Assembly: GCA_905178155.1 (NCBI GenBank)
Contig: CAJINV010000008.1
Coordinates: 868,001 to 932,000, forward strand
Reading direction: 5' to 3'
From: Amoebophrya sp. A120
Taxonomy: Eukaryota > Protista > Dinoflagellata
DNA: 64,000 nucleotides
The notes below the pieces were generated by a model. The model ran no database searches. It saw only the letters and a list, made by a program, of their open reading frames with translations, and had not been told where the DNA came from. Shown here piece by piece: positions 13,090 to 26,577 of the stretch (position 1 is its first letter; each line of letters starts with the position of its first letter). The position numbers and the translations under genes are program-made.

Positions 13090-14401
13090 ATGATTATACT
13101 AGAACTAGAGACGATGACCACGAAGTGGAAGTTGAAGAAAGAGAAGTCTTGTAGTGCTACCGATGCCGGTACATGTCGTGATAGCAGCTAGGCGTGGAAT
13201 TCATTAACTACCCAAAGACCTACAAGTACAAGTACACATGATGAAGAAGTGCTGAATTATCAAGAAAATACAAGAATTACCTCCAGAGTATCGATTTTGC
13301 AAACAATTTGTATATGACGACAGCGAGAACGAACTCGCTCACCAGAGGCGGAGATAGGATTTAATTACTCTCAGAAACCTGCTCTGTAGCCTCAAAACTA
13401 TAACTAATGACTTTCCGCTTAAATAGTTCCCAAGCGGGAAGACGTGAACAAGAAGCATCTTCAGCGGCCGCGGCATTTCATGTCGTTCCAGAAACTTTCA
13501 GGTTCGGGTACTAGAAAGAGACATGTAACTTGATATCGGTTCCTCCCTGTGAAGAGTGTAGTTGCCAGCACTCGATGGAACGAAAAGCCAAAAGATGGGC
13601 ACCATCTTACGCTATCGGTCACGTTTGACTCCAGCTACGTACTCATAATCCAATGACTCAGCCACAGCCACCTCGGTCGTGAACGCAGCAATAATGGTTT
13701 AGAGGAAACATTCATTTTTATCGGTACAGACTCTCTCGTCCTGAAACCTGGATATCATCATTCTCGTGCAGCCACACAATCGCAACATCTTCGTCCACTT
13801 CCCTGCTTGCCCAACTTTCGTACGATGCTGTTTATTGGTATTGCGAATTCCGACGTCAATCTTTCGTGATGCTACTTTATTATTCTGTCAACTGCATCTG
13901 CAAGTGCAACGTCACCGCACCAGCCACCCACACACATCCAAAAAATCCACCCGTATGTGCTTTCTCAAAGTTGAACGAATTGTGATGTACCCATTTCTAT
14001 ATCTATTGGTCGTAGTAGGATAAATGGGGCATCTCCACCCTATGACAACTCCCTAATACACAAATTTTACCATATTTTTCGAGTTTTCGTCGTCCGTCAA
14101 CCTAGTTTATCGATTCGCTTTTGTGTTGAGCAGCACCATGCGGGGTGTCCGCAGGAGAAAGAAGGCGACCGGTACGGTGCGGGATTAAGTACCAAGTGAA
14201 CTAGCGAACAAAACTCCATATACGATGTTTTTTACGCGGAGCAGAAGCTGAAGTGGCCTTTTTGTACAGTACAGCCCAGTACAGCGCTCCTTATGTTAGC
14301 ACGCTAGAAGCAGACTACCCGTCACTTGCACGATTTTTACAAGCCGCCCTGGTCGAAGAAGCTGCACGAGTAGCAAGCCTACGAGGGCGAGTGCCTTGAG
14401 T

Positions 14402-17400
14402 ATGACGGCGGCGTCTGATTTTCCTTCCCTTCGTTCCATTTTCAGCTTTGGTCTCCTGGAAGACGAAGCAGCGAGCGCGAACATCATGAGCAAAGATGAC
14501 GAGGAAATCCATGCGGGGAGGAAGCGGGCCATGATGATTCAGGCTCTTCTCGGTAAGAAGCGGAATGTTGCGGCAAGCAGTGCCCGGGTGCAGCAGATGC
14601 TGCTTCCCCGGCGGTCGTCGGTGAGCACACCACCCGGTACTAGCGACACCCTGAGCATAGCCAGCTCGGAGCAACCAATCGAGGGCTCCGGGACCACCCC
14701 GCGTTTCACCGCGTCCAGCGTCGGGGAGCAGGCACAGCAGTACCAGATGAAACGAAACCTCTTGTTGCGCATGCCCTCTGGAACGCTCACAACTTTGCTG
14801 GAGCGACTCTCGAACAAGGAGTTGCAAAGCCTGCTCAGAAACGGAGTGGATAATGGCGCGTCATCAAGTGCTGCAATCGGTTCTGATCTGCAAGAAGACA
14901 GAATAAAAAGTGCTGCTTTATTTTCCAACCAGGCAAGCGGCAATGGAGAGACAAGCAATTATGCAAGGGGCGACGACGTCTTGGCGCCGAACAGGGGACG
15001 AGGACACCAGGACGAAAACGATTTAATGTTTCCCGATGGCCCCCTCGTCGGCCTGGAGCGCGAAACCTCTAGCACTTCCTCTAAAAGCAAAACTGTGGTT
15101 CGCGACTACACGCAGCTTCGCAAGCCGCGCAACAGCGGCATGAACGGAAACCTGGGGGACGAGTCGGTGGGCATTCTGAATCTCCTCGCGAACCGGGACC
15201 TGGAGTACAATTCGCAAGACTTTCACAAAAAGGTCCAGGAAACGCGACAGCGAATTTCGTTCGCGCAGGAGCAGTGGGTATTGGACCATCATCAAAGGCA
15301 AGATGGAACGGCCAATGGTGGCGGCGAACAACAGAAGTTGGCATCTACATCTGCAGGCAAGGGCGCGTCCTCGAGAAGTGGAGCTAACAGCCAGGTGCTG
15401 ATGCTGCTGAATAAGGGGCGCGGCAAACCCGCCGCATACTCGGAGGGCGAGGGGAATCCAGAGGAAACGCTGCCCTCTACCGACAACACCGGCGCGGGGA
15501 GCAGGACAAAGACCAGCGCACCAACTAGAAACGTCAATGCTCCTTCTGCAGCACCAAATAACCAGCAGCGGCATCAGGCAGCTGAATTGATGACGTCCGT
15601 AGACCTGCTGACCTTGCCGTGGAACACGACACCTCTAATTCACGAGATGCGGCAACGGCAAACAGAGGAGGAGCGTGCGAAGATTTTGAAGGAGTTCTCG
15701 TCCGGGGCGCTGCGAGACATGGGGAATTATGGATACCCCAAAAACGCGCCGCACCGACTGAACCCTGCCTACTGGCTCCCGGTGCTGGCGAAGTTTGGCA
15801 CCAACGCGGTCGGGCTTGCCGGGCTCACCCTGGGGTTCGGGATGTCGCAGATGGGGCGCGGACTGGTCGGCACGCGGATACACGAGAACCCCGCGATGGA
15901 AGCGGGATTGCTCACGTTCCTGCGCCTGAACGGCCTCACCTGCACGGTCACCTTCCCCAAGAACCAGAGCTACGCGAATCTGACCGACTGTCCCTTCATG
16001 ATCGCCAACCACCAGAGCTACCTGGACGGCATCGTGGTGGCGACGGAACTGAACTACCCCAAAATCATGAGCATGAACGCCGTCAAGAACGCACCCATGA
16101 TTGGCGAGTTCATGAAAGACATGGAGGTCATCTGGGTCGACCGTGCAGACCCCAACAGCAGGAAGTATAGAAATTGCTCTTGCATGATCCTGCAGCTTCT
16201 CCATAGTTTTATTACCTCGGGTTGATTTTATATTTATTGGTTGTGGTTCGCATTTCCTGCTGAGAAGTAAGTATTTTCGTGCTGGTTGTGCACAACTGCT
16301 AACAATATTATTTCCTCTTTTATGCCGCAAGGACTGCATATACAACAGCCGCACTGCAAGTGAAGAAAAATCTTCAAAGGCAGCGCCACTATTCTCGGAT
16401 CATAAAAAAAACTCAGGAACGCGCTGAAGGCTATCAAGCGGCATGGGAAGACTTGGAAGCGCGGGGACCGTCCGTTGTTTGTGTTTCCCGAGGGCTACAC
16501 AACATCCGGGCGCACGATTTTGCCCTTCAAGCCGGGGGTGTTCACGGCGGGCATGCCCATCCGCCCCTGTGTCATTCTCTACACCGGCGAGGCCGATTTG
16601 GGCCAGCCCGAGTGGATTCGATCCAAGGCGACTGATGGGCACATCGTGTTGCGTGAGTACGCCGACTCCGAATGGTTTGACCAGCTGATGCGGGGCATGG
16701 TCCACAGCGTCATCGTGAAGGTATCATGCGTTTTTTTGTGCTCAAGCTTGATGTCCGCAGCTTAACTACAAGATGCTTGCTCGATTTTGTTTGACAGCTC
16801 CTCTGTAGATTCTGATTAATCGCACAGCAACGAGGAAAAAAACTAAGTACGCGACTGTTTAACACTGAAGTACCTTGAAGCAACGCACTATCCTATGTTT
16901 TCTTAACGCATAAACATAAAGTGAAACTCCACGCAAATATTGATTGATTGGGACCACGACAAACAGGTTTGCCGCGTCTACTATCCGAACGATCAGGAGA
17001 AGAATGACCCGGCTCTGTATGCGGAGAACATGCACAAGTATATGAAGTACGAGTATGACCGGCTGAAGCTGCTGCACGACCAGCGTACGCGAAAGATCGA
17101 CCTGAAGAAGATCAACGCGACCGGGCCGGGGTATTCCCCGGACAATCTGCTTTTGGGAATGGAGTCCAAGAACGACGCGATCCCGCCCGGGGGCGACCTC
17201 GACCGGTGGCCGGTCCGGCTCAGCGCGGAGACCGGGAAGGGCGAAGTGGTGGTAGGCAAGTCCTGGCGGGGCCACATGCCCTACTCGGCGACGCAGCTGG
17301 ACAACATGCGGAACTGGTATCTGGCAAAAAACAAGGAGATGATCCTCCGCGGCCAGGCGCTGCGGCAGGCCGAGCTTCAGGAGCAGCGCGACGCGATGAG

Positions 17401-18397
17401 AAGGGGCAGCGGGGCGAGCACCACCGCACAACTCGAGCAGTCCGTCCAACTGGACGAGCGTGCCAAAACGCAGCGAGTCCACACAATGGAGAATCAGCTA
17501 GAAGTAGAAGTGCAACAGCAAGATGAACGTAGAAACACCAGCACGACGAGCAAACAACGTCGAGACAGTCAGGCCGAAAGTGCGCAACCACTCTCAGGCC
17601 GATACGGTGCAGCTCCTAACCAGAATAGCAGAACGACGCCGAGACTGGCGAGCGCGGCGACCGGTAATATGGCTTACGATGATGTAGTAGATGACGAGAA
17701 CGAAAGAAGAGCTGGGTTCGACTTCGATTTCGACCCTGTGTCGAGGAGATCTTCAGAAGCGGCAGCACAATCAATGCAGCGTCAGGTGGAGCACGGTCGC
17801 GAACACCGGCTGACTCTGGCACAGTTTTTAGAGCAAGCGGATGAAGACACAAACACTATCCTCGAGTCCTTGTCCGACGAGCAAGATGAGGATGAGCGCG
17901 CAATAGAGAAGCATTTACTGGCGATCGGCCAGGAGGTACTCAACAAGAAAAGCCGAGCCAGAGCAGAGGGCGAGCAGGCACCGCCACCCGCAGAGATGAA
18001 TCAGGAGTATGATGCTGAACAGACCCAGCACGACCCTCACGAGCGAGGGGATGAAGATAGTCTATTTATTCCACGCATAGACGGAGGTGGAGCTGGAGGT
18101 CGGCAAGTGAGCACTACAAGTGCTGCGCGAGATAATATTATAGGAGACGAGAACAGTGGGCAGGAGAACAAAGAGGGGCTTGACGTGAAGAGCAATGGCG
18201 GGACCACGAGGTGTAGCACGTCATTGCTGGTGGATGAAAATGGAAAGATGCTAGCACCACCGCCGAAACTACTGCCCAACGAGCCGGAGTCTTCCTTTCC
18301 GAACGTCTCTAGTACAGCCTCCTCGATGGATCTCCAGGCCTCAGCTTTACGAACTCCAACCTCCATGGAGGACCATGATGAAGAGTTTCTCGTGTGA
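14402..18397 (+). CDS. Lysophospholipid acyltransferase (LPCAT/PlsC family) with long disordered extensions
   Basis: Exons 14402-16164, 16417-16720 and 16967-18397 joined by GT-AG introns. Motifs ANHQSYLD (HX4D), IWVDR, FVFPEG, PFKPGVF.G.PIRP and VYYP. An upstream exon is possible. Confidence 0.88.
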
Positions 18398-19389
18398 AGC
18401 TGTTGTGGAACTTCAACATCATCGGTTGAATGTATACTGCAGTGCGATCCTCATGTGCTTGTATGTACGATTTTCTTTTGTACTAGTAGACAGAATATTT
18501 TTAAATTTAACCTACCGCTAGTTTCAAAGGATCTTTTTCCTTCTCGAACAGCATTCTTTGCGACAAATAGCAAAAGAAACAGCTGAAAATTTTTTTTTCT
18601 CACCTTGTTGCAGTTTGCGTGTTCGAGACGAGATGTGTTGAACCAGTAGGATCAATATTTTGAAGACAGCACACTGCCAGAAAGCGAAAGAGCCGTTTGT
18701 TTCTCAGTCGTTCACCTCCTCTGGCACAGCTACGGTCTGGCCTGACGTCGGTTTCATAGCAACTCGGTCTCGTTCCTGCTTAAGAACCCCTTCGAGGAAG
18801 GAGAAGGAGAACAAAAGCAAATTAGTTATTCGTACCGTGATGCACATTCATTTGCATTGGTCGAAACAGTAATTGGCACTTACTCGGTCCTAAGTTGTAC
18901 TTCGAAGCTTTGATCGGTGTCCGTGCACAGAAATAACAATGAGTGCCTCCTCGTGTCTGGCGGTCATCGATTCCGAACTTTTATATGTGAGAACGATATA
19001 ATCGGTATTTCCAGAGTTTTTTCTCATCCAAAACCAAAACCGCAGTGCGATGAAAAAACGGTACTACCCAAAGCTGCTCGATTCTATGCCCACTTCTGTT
19101 GAAGTGAATCGCACTTTCTACAAAAAGACACACATTCGATTTCGAAATAAGTGCATTACTACTACAGCTACTTTTATAAACCCGATTTACCTAGCAGTGC
19201 TCATGGCCTTACTTTAACGTACCATATCTCGTACAACTTCCTTATTTCAAACTTTTCGGTTGTTGTGAATAACAACACCGGCACACACATTATCTGATTT
19301 TGCAGTGGACATCTGGATTTTCATTGTAATCAAAACACCACTACCTACAGCTTTTTACTCTGTTTTTTTTCTATTTTTCGTCCCCGAGA

Positions 19390-22300
19390 ATGAGCAGCAC
19401 GAACGCCACGAGTCCAAGTTCCGGGCGCCCATCCGTGCGCAGCTCCGCCATTTCGCGCATGGGGGGTGATGACGAGAATGCCGGCGGTCGCAATCTCGTC
19501 CGGCCGAGCCGCGTCCCTCCGACGGACCCTCGAGACAGCCGCAAAGACCCGGCGCGGCCGAGAATGAAGCGGAGCCGCAGTGGCCGCGACTTGTCGCGCA
19601 GCAAAGTGACGCCGAACGAAAACTTGCAGCTGGCGGTCAACGACGACACAAAGTACGACGTTTTTTACCAGGACCTGGAAAACTTAGCAGCTGAACCCGT
19701 CGTGGGGAAGTCCCTGCGGAACGAGAGCGACAAGGAGCTGGCCACCCGCACGGCCAACGGGGTGGTCGTTCTGGAGCGCACGCAATCCGGAAGGATGCGC
19801 CTGGACGGCGGCAAGACCGCAACCCAAGGATCCGCAGTCTTATTCTTGGACGATCGGATGAACAATAGCGCTAACAGCGCGGTAGGGGTAGCGAGTACGG
19901 ACGACGTGATTTTGAGGAAAAAGATGATGGATGCGCCAGATTTTGACGACAACATGATGGCCCCCTTGACCTCGAACTCTGGCGGCACCGGGGACACGCT
20001 GACCACGCGCAACAGGACGGCGGAGGGGTCTTCGACGCAAGCCGGCAAGGCGAAGTTGGTTGGCATGGGCGTCGCGCTTGCGGTGCTGATCGCCGGTGCG
20101 GTGGCAGGGGTTTTTGTGTACAAGGAGTTCTTCGACGACGACAGCGATAGCGGCGGTCTCGCCGCATGTCAGCCCGGGTACGGGAGGACCGCGGCGGGCG
20201 GGGCGTGCGTTGCGATCGGCGACGCGGCCTCCACCAGCAGCGCCGACACGGTGGAGGTGGAGTTGGTCGCGCAGCGCGTGGACATGCCGGTTAGCTTTTC
20301 CTATCCCGGGACGCCGCAGCAGGCGGCGGACGCAGTGGTCAGTGATCCAGACCTGCAGGCGGGTTTTTTGCAAGGCTTCTGCGTCACACTGGGGTCGGCC
20401 TTCGAGGGTGACAACTGCCAACAGTGGGTCTCCATTGCCAGCGCCACTCCAGCGACAGCAGCACGGAAAAACAGGAATCTGCAAGGACGACTGTGGTCAT
20501 CTTCATCAGTCATCTCCAAACCAGCGAAGATCATGGGCGATGGTCTGCAAAAAAACGAAGACCACGCAGCGCTGCCTTCGGCGGAAAGAATGCGGCAGCT
20601 GCAGGGCGAAGTTGACGTCGAGCTGGACATTGAGTTCGAGGTCGACGTGGCAGATAACGAGACCGCGAACGCGCTGGCAGACGTGGTCCAGTACATTGAC
20701 AAGGACACGCTGAAAGACAACATGAACAAGGAAATTCCGAAGGCGATCGAAAATAGCAGCACAAAGACGCAGGAGCAGAAGAACCAGTTGAAAGCACAGA
20801 TCAAGATGAAGGAGATCAAGCAAATGAAGGCCGACAAAGGAAAACGGCGGAAAAAGAAGAAAAATTTGCCGAAGACGATGGTCATCACGGACGACGAAGG
20901 GGAGGGCGCGAATGGACAGCAAGACGGTGCCGCTGGTAGTTCCTCGAGCGGTGCGGGTGGAGGCTCCTCGTCCTCCTCCAACAACGGCGGCGGGAAGGTG
21001 AAGCTGCGGTCCGTCGTGCCGAGCAACGAGTTTGACTTGGCGGCCCAGATCATGTCGAATTCCTGCGAGCGCGACGTCACCAAGGAGCTGGCGGAAACGG
21101 AGGCGGAGGCGCCAAGCCTAGCCGATGCGGACGTGGCGGCGGGAGCCCCGCACGGTCCGATGGATCTGGGAAACTGGGCCCAAATCCTGCAGAGCTTCCA
21201 GGAGGTGTTTGGCGAGCAAGCGGAGCTGCGCCAAATGCTGGTGCACGTGAAGCCGCAGCGGTGGCTATCAAATGCAAAAATGTCTGGGTCTGGAAGACTC
21301 CAAGATTTGTCATGCCTGTCTGGGATGACCAAAAAGTTTGTGATGCGTGTCCAAGAAGAGACCCTTTTGCCTGTCATGCAAAAACGCAGTTTGTCATGCG
21401 AAAAACGCGACACAAAGAAGCGCAGATATTTCTCATGCTTGGCTGTGCATTGCAGCGCATTCCCTATTCCCAGCGCAGCATCACAAGTTTCCAGACCCAG
21501 ACATTTTTGCATTTGATAGTGGCGGTGTTTGAACAACGATGTGACGGTATTGCAGTGAAAAGTGCCCCCCACCCCTGAAATTGCAAAAACTTGTGATGCG
21601 AAATTTTCAAATGAAAACTTTTTGTCACGCATGAAAGTGGTATGAATCTTTCTGATGCAGATTCTAGGCGTGTATCGCATCGCTTGCATGACAAGCGCCG
21701 CTCTTGCTGGGGTCTTTTGCAATACAAATTTTTGCTATTCACGACTGTGGAAACCTGTGATGCTGATAGATGCAAGAGGGCGAGCGTTTCATTTGGAAAG
21801 GTTTGCAATGCAAATGCTCCCAAGCTCGGGGGTGGGGGCATTTTTCATTGTAATAACCGGACCTGGTCGGGGAGCAGGAGCGGCTGGAGTTCGAGCAGAA
21901 GGAGAACGATCGCCAAGTGAAGCTGCAAGAGAAGGAGCTCGAGGAAAAGATCGCTGCCCGCGCGAAGGCGAAGGCGAAGCAGCGCGAGGACGACGCGAAG
22001 GCCAAGGGGGAGGCTGCGGAGCAGCGGCGGAAGCAGGCAAAGGCGGATCGCGAGGCCGCCGAGGAGAAGCTAAAGAATGCCAAAAACGACGAGGAGCGCC
22101 AGCGCTTTGAGCGTGAGAAAAAGGACGCAAAGGAAAAGGAAGAGAAGGAAGAGCGGGAGAAAAATGAGCAGGAGGCCCGCAAGAAAAAGGAAAAGCTTGA
22201 GCAAGAAGAGTTGGCGCAGGAGATGGAGGCCAAGAAGAAGGAAATGGACGAACGCAAGGCACGACAGAGGCAGGAGGAAGCGAGGCGGAAGGCGGAAAAA

Positions 22301-25300
22301 ACCAAGGACGCCGAGGAGAAAAAGAAAGCGGAGGCAGAAGCCCTTGCGGCTGAGGCGGAATTGAAGGAGAAGGAATTGAAGCGGAAAGAGGTATAGAGAG
22401 ACGTAGAAATGTTTCTTTGTTGTATGTGAATAGAGAATATAATCTGCATCTGGTTGCAAACGATGACCCAATAATTTTGAGCAAGTTGAAGTTGTTTCGG
22501 CAAAAATAAAAATCTAATCACCTGATTCAAGAGCACACTGTAGCTTGTCATAGTAGTAATGTGGGATCTACTTCTACTTTCTGTTGACTTACTATGTATA
22601 CTTATACAACAAAGCTCGCGCTCTAGTGCGGGAGATTAGCAACGTCAACAGATGGTCGCGGTCTTTCTGGTGTTGTCGGAAATTGCGACTCTTCTTTCTA
22701 AACAGGCTCAAGCAGAAAGAGAAAAGCTGCGGGCAGAACGCGAAAAGGAAGATGCTAAGGTGCGCGAGATTCAGGCAGCAAAGCGGAAAGCTGCCGCGAA
22801 GAAGCAGCGCGAAGAGGCGCAGGAGCGCGCCCGCGTGGCGAAGGAAAAGGCGGACGTGGAGGCCGAGGCGCAAGCGAAGGCCGAAGCAGCTGCAGCGGCG
22901 GAGCAGGAGGAGATCGAGCGGTTGCAAGAGGAAGAAGAACAGAAGAGACGGGAAAAGGCCGAGGCGGAGCGTTTAGAGAAACAACGCGAGGCCCAGGAAC
23001 TGCGTGAGAAGCAGGAAGCCGAGAAACAGCGTTGGCGCAAGGTCCAGGAAGAAAAGAAAGCGCAGGAGGCCGAGGAGGCCGCCAAGAAAGCCGAAAAGGA
23101 GAAAAAAGCGGCCGAGGAGGAGGAAAAACAGCTGGCGGAGCAGGCCGCACGGGAGCAAAGCGCGCAAAAAAAAGCCGAGCTCGAACAGCGCCGCAAGGAG
23201 GCCGAGGAGCGAAAGGCCGCTGCCGAGCAGCGACGCAAAGAACAGCAGGAGCGCCGCGCCGCTGCCGAGGCGGAAAAGCAGAAGGCAGCGCAGGAGCAAA
23301 AGGCGGCCGAGGACCGGCAGAAGGCGGAGCAGGCGCTGCGGCAGGAAGCAAAGCGGGCTCGTGAACAAAAGCAGAAAGAGGTGCAAGAGGCCTCGCAAAA
23401 GAAAAACAAGAAGCAGCAGCAGGCGAAGGATATGTCGAAGGAGCGTCAGCGGCAAAAGAACCAGCGGGGCGGCAAACGGTTCTTGCGGGCGGGAGCGGCA
23501 TCTTCCTCCGAGGCGTTTGATACGTATTCCCGCTCGTTGGCGCACAGTGACGAGCACCCGGAGGAGAAGTGGAGTGCGGAGCAGGCCGCTTATGACTCAG
23601 ACGAGGCCGAGGAGAACGAGAAGAAAGAAAAAGAAGAAGAGCGTGCCCGGCACGTACACCAGCACAAAACACGCAAGGACTACCGGCGCCCCATCACCAT
23701 TCCCGCGACCATCCAATACAAGGGAAAGCGGTGGAGCCAGGTCGGGTTGTCCTTCCTCCCGGACAATCGCGAGACGGGGAAGTTCAGCCGCAAGAGCCTG
23801 AAAAAGCGGTCTTGGGCACTGAATTTCGGGAAGTTCCGCCGCAGACAGAGGTTCTACGGGTTCAAGCGATTAAAATTGGTGACTAGCAACGGGGACAAAT
23901 CCCGCATGCGGGAGAAGCTGATGACGGATCTTTACGCCCTCGCCGGCTTAGCCGTGGCGCACACACAGTATTACGTCGTGTATCTGGACTCCACCGCAAC
24001 CGTCCCGAGTACCAACAAAGCGGACTACAAATTTCTCGGAATCTACCTCGCGATGGAGGACGCCAAAGACACGGTGCGGCAAACCGAGTTTTTCCGGTCG
24101 ACCGCCAACGGGGTCGGAAACGCGCTGAAGACCGACTTGAGCGTCGAGTGGGAGGCCATGGAGTCGGATGTGCGCAAAGGCTGGGCGGCTAGCAGCTCGA
24201 ACCGTCGGATGCTGCTTCCGGCTGGTACTTCTTCGGGACATGAAAAAGTTGCAGCTCCTGGAGATGAACTACATCACCAACATCTCGAAGAACGCCAGCT
24301 GCAGGAAACGGATCCGACCGACGCCTCCATTTCTTTGCCGCCGGTGGACGAAGAGGAAAACGAAATTGCTTTGCCTGTGATGCCGACCAGCATGTACCAC
24401 AGCACCGGCGACCTGTACAAGCCGACGCCCACAAGTGCGCGACTGGGGCTGCCCGAGCGGGTCACCCGGACCAAAGAAAAGACGGATCTCGAAAAGGAGG
24501 AGGAGGCGGAAAATCTTGACACGGAGGAGCTGAAACAGATGGCTCAGCGTTTGAAAGACCGGAAGGAGAAAGCCGCGAAGGGGCTGAGCGTGTCCCAGGG
24601 TGGCAAGCAATCCGGACCGGAAGCGGCGATCAAATTCAAGACGGAGGACGGAAGTGGCGGACCGGCGGGAGGCACCACTTCGGGGTCAACATCTGGCTCC
24701 AATGTGTTGGACAAGAAAACCGAACCGCTCAAAAAAATGCACATGCTGCCCAAGCGGGCCGTGAACGGCACGGAGAGCCTGAAGCCCTATGCGGACTACC
24801 GGGCAATGCTGCACGCGCTGCACAACGTGCCCCGCCGCAGCCGCATCACCAAGACCGTCAAGGAGGACAGCGCGCTGGCGGCACTGGCCAGCGGCGCGAC
24901 CGTCGTGGCCCGGCGGCGCATGTTGCAACAGCAGGTCCGACGAGAAGATGATAACCCAGATGTTGAACTTCTGCGGCAACTGCAAACTGAAGACACGACG
25001 GCACAACAGCAGTTGAAGCAGAAAGAGAGGGAGAAGCGCAAGCGGCCGTGGCGCATGTGGAAGCGGTTTGACTCGCACCGGGATCCCCAGGCGCAAAAGT
25101 GGCGACAGCAACTGGGCAAAACCTTCGACTACTTCTCCTGGGTCAAGTACATGGCGGTCAGCGCCGCCTTCGCGAACGACAAGATCTACGGCAGCGAGCA
25201 GAGCGGCGGCGGAGACTACCTGCTGTACAACGCCCCCGCGGGGCAGGCGAACTTCAACCACGCGGGCCCGGTCTGCATGATCGAGAGCTGCCTCCCGAGC

Positions 25301-26577
25301 GTGCAGACCGGTCCCTGGGAGGGCAAGGAGGGGAACCTGACCTACATCTACAGCTACGCTAGCCCGCCGGCGTACACCAACCCAACGGCGTCCGGGCGGC
25401 TCACGTGGCTGCCGACGCAGTTCGCGAGCGCGTTCCGGGGAAAGGGGAAAATGACCTCGCTCAACTTCAAGAAGCTCCGTCCCGGTTGGCCGATGTTGCA
25501 GTATCTGTACGAGGACAGCGTGTCCCGGGCGTACTACCTCTACGCACTGGAGAAAATGGCGCAACCGGCGCCGTGCGCGCAGTCGTGGGACAAGGCGGCG
25601 GGAAACTGGGTGGAGATGTGCGGAACGAGTGCGGACACCATGCCCTTCCACGAGGACATGGCCCAATATCTCTTCGCGAAGCTTGCGGCCGTCGGCCGGG
25701 GGTCCTTCACCTGGCAACAGGTGCTCACAAACCTGGTTTCCGCGCTGCACGCGCCCGGCGGCCTGGTTGACGACAAGCTGCTGCAGAAGCAGGTCAAGCA
25801 CTACGAACAGCTGATCACCAGCTTCATCACGCAGGAGGACCGCGCCCTGGAGAAGGAACAGGAGGACGAGACGGCGTTGCTGGAACAGAAGGCACAAGAG
25901 GAGAAGGATATTACAATGAAAAATACCCCCACCCCCACTGTTGCAAAAATTTGTGATGCGAAGTTTCAAAATGAAAACTTTTTGTCATGCATGAAAGGAG
26001 TATGAATCTTTCTGATGCAGAGTCTAGGCGTGTACCGGATCGCTTGCATGACAAGCGTCGCTCTTGCTGGGGTCTTTTGCAATACAAATTTTTGCTACTC
26101 ACGATTGAAAACCTGTGATGCTGATAGATGCAAGAGGGCGAATGTTTCATTTGGAAACAAAGGTTTGCAATACAAATGCTCCCAACTTCGGTGGTGGGGG
26201 CATTTTTCATTGTAATAAAGGAAGCGGAAGTGGACAACGTGAGCAACCTGCTAATCAGCGTGGGCGGCGCGACGGACGTGAGTCAGGTGGAAGCGAATCT
26301 GAAGGCGAACACGGACGACGTGGAGACGCAGGAGGACGAAAAAGTGTACGACCAGTTCTCGGTCGCCGCCTTGGACGCCGACGGCGATGATTCTACGGAT
26401 GACAAGCTCGAGCTAAAACCCGAAAAGGAAAAGGCTGATCAGGACAAGGCAAAAACGCCCCTGGAATTCTTCCAGCTCGGGGTCGAGCAGCTGCGGCGCA
26501 AGCTGGCCTTTCGGGTGAAGGTGGTCAAGGAGGGCGTCCCCGTTCTCATCAAAAAAGAAAATGAGAAGAAACAGTAG
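19390..26577 (+). CDS. Single-pass membrane protein (~1995 aa) with an E/K/R-rich helical stalk and a C-terminal CotH kinase-like domain
   Basis: Exons 19390-21265, 21524-21547, 21861-22390, 22706-25908 and 26223-26577 sum to 5988 nt in frame. TM helix LVGMGVALAVLIAGAVAGVFVY. CotH-like motifs KRSWALNFGKF..QRFYGFKRLKL..DKSRMREKL..AGL, FLGIYLAMED, GDLYK, FDYFSWVKYMAV and DYLLYN. Confidence 0.8.
21266..21518. mobile_element. TIR introner (family D, TATCAAATGCAAAAATGTCTGGG)
   Basis: Perfect 30-bp TIR. TSD gtggc at 21261-21265 and 21519-21523. Confidence 0.97.
21548..21855. mobile_element. TIR introner (family E, TATTACAATGAAAAAT)
   Basis: Imperfect TIR. TSD gacgg / accgg. Similar along its whole length to 25909-26217. 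Removal keeps the frame (NDVT-DLVGEQ). Confidence 0.92.
25909..26217. mobile_element. TIR introner (family E)
   Basis: TIR tattacaatgaaaaat(a/g)cccccacc. TSD aagga at 25904-25908 and 26218-26222. Removal gives EEK-EAEVD. Confidence 0.96.

Noticed and set aside
16159-16419. caggaa repeat at both ends of the first LPCAT intron as a TSD
   Set aside because: The repeat offset (255) differs from the intron length (252), there is no TIR, and a normal GT-AG reading works.
20301-25969. Long - strand ORFs (for example 20301-21722, 22755-23672 and 24686-25969) and similar ones elsewhere
   Set aside because: They are antisense shadows of GC-rich + strand coding sequence and have no domain motifs.
21464-26246. 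Recurring peptides such as KCKNVWVW, PDPDIFAFD and MKNAPTP in several ORFs
   Set aside because: They are translations of introner TIRs, not a protein family.
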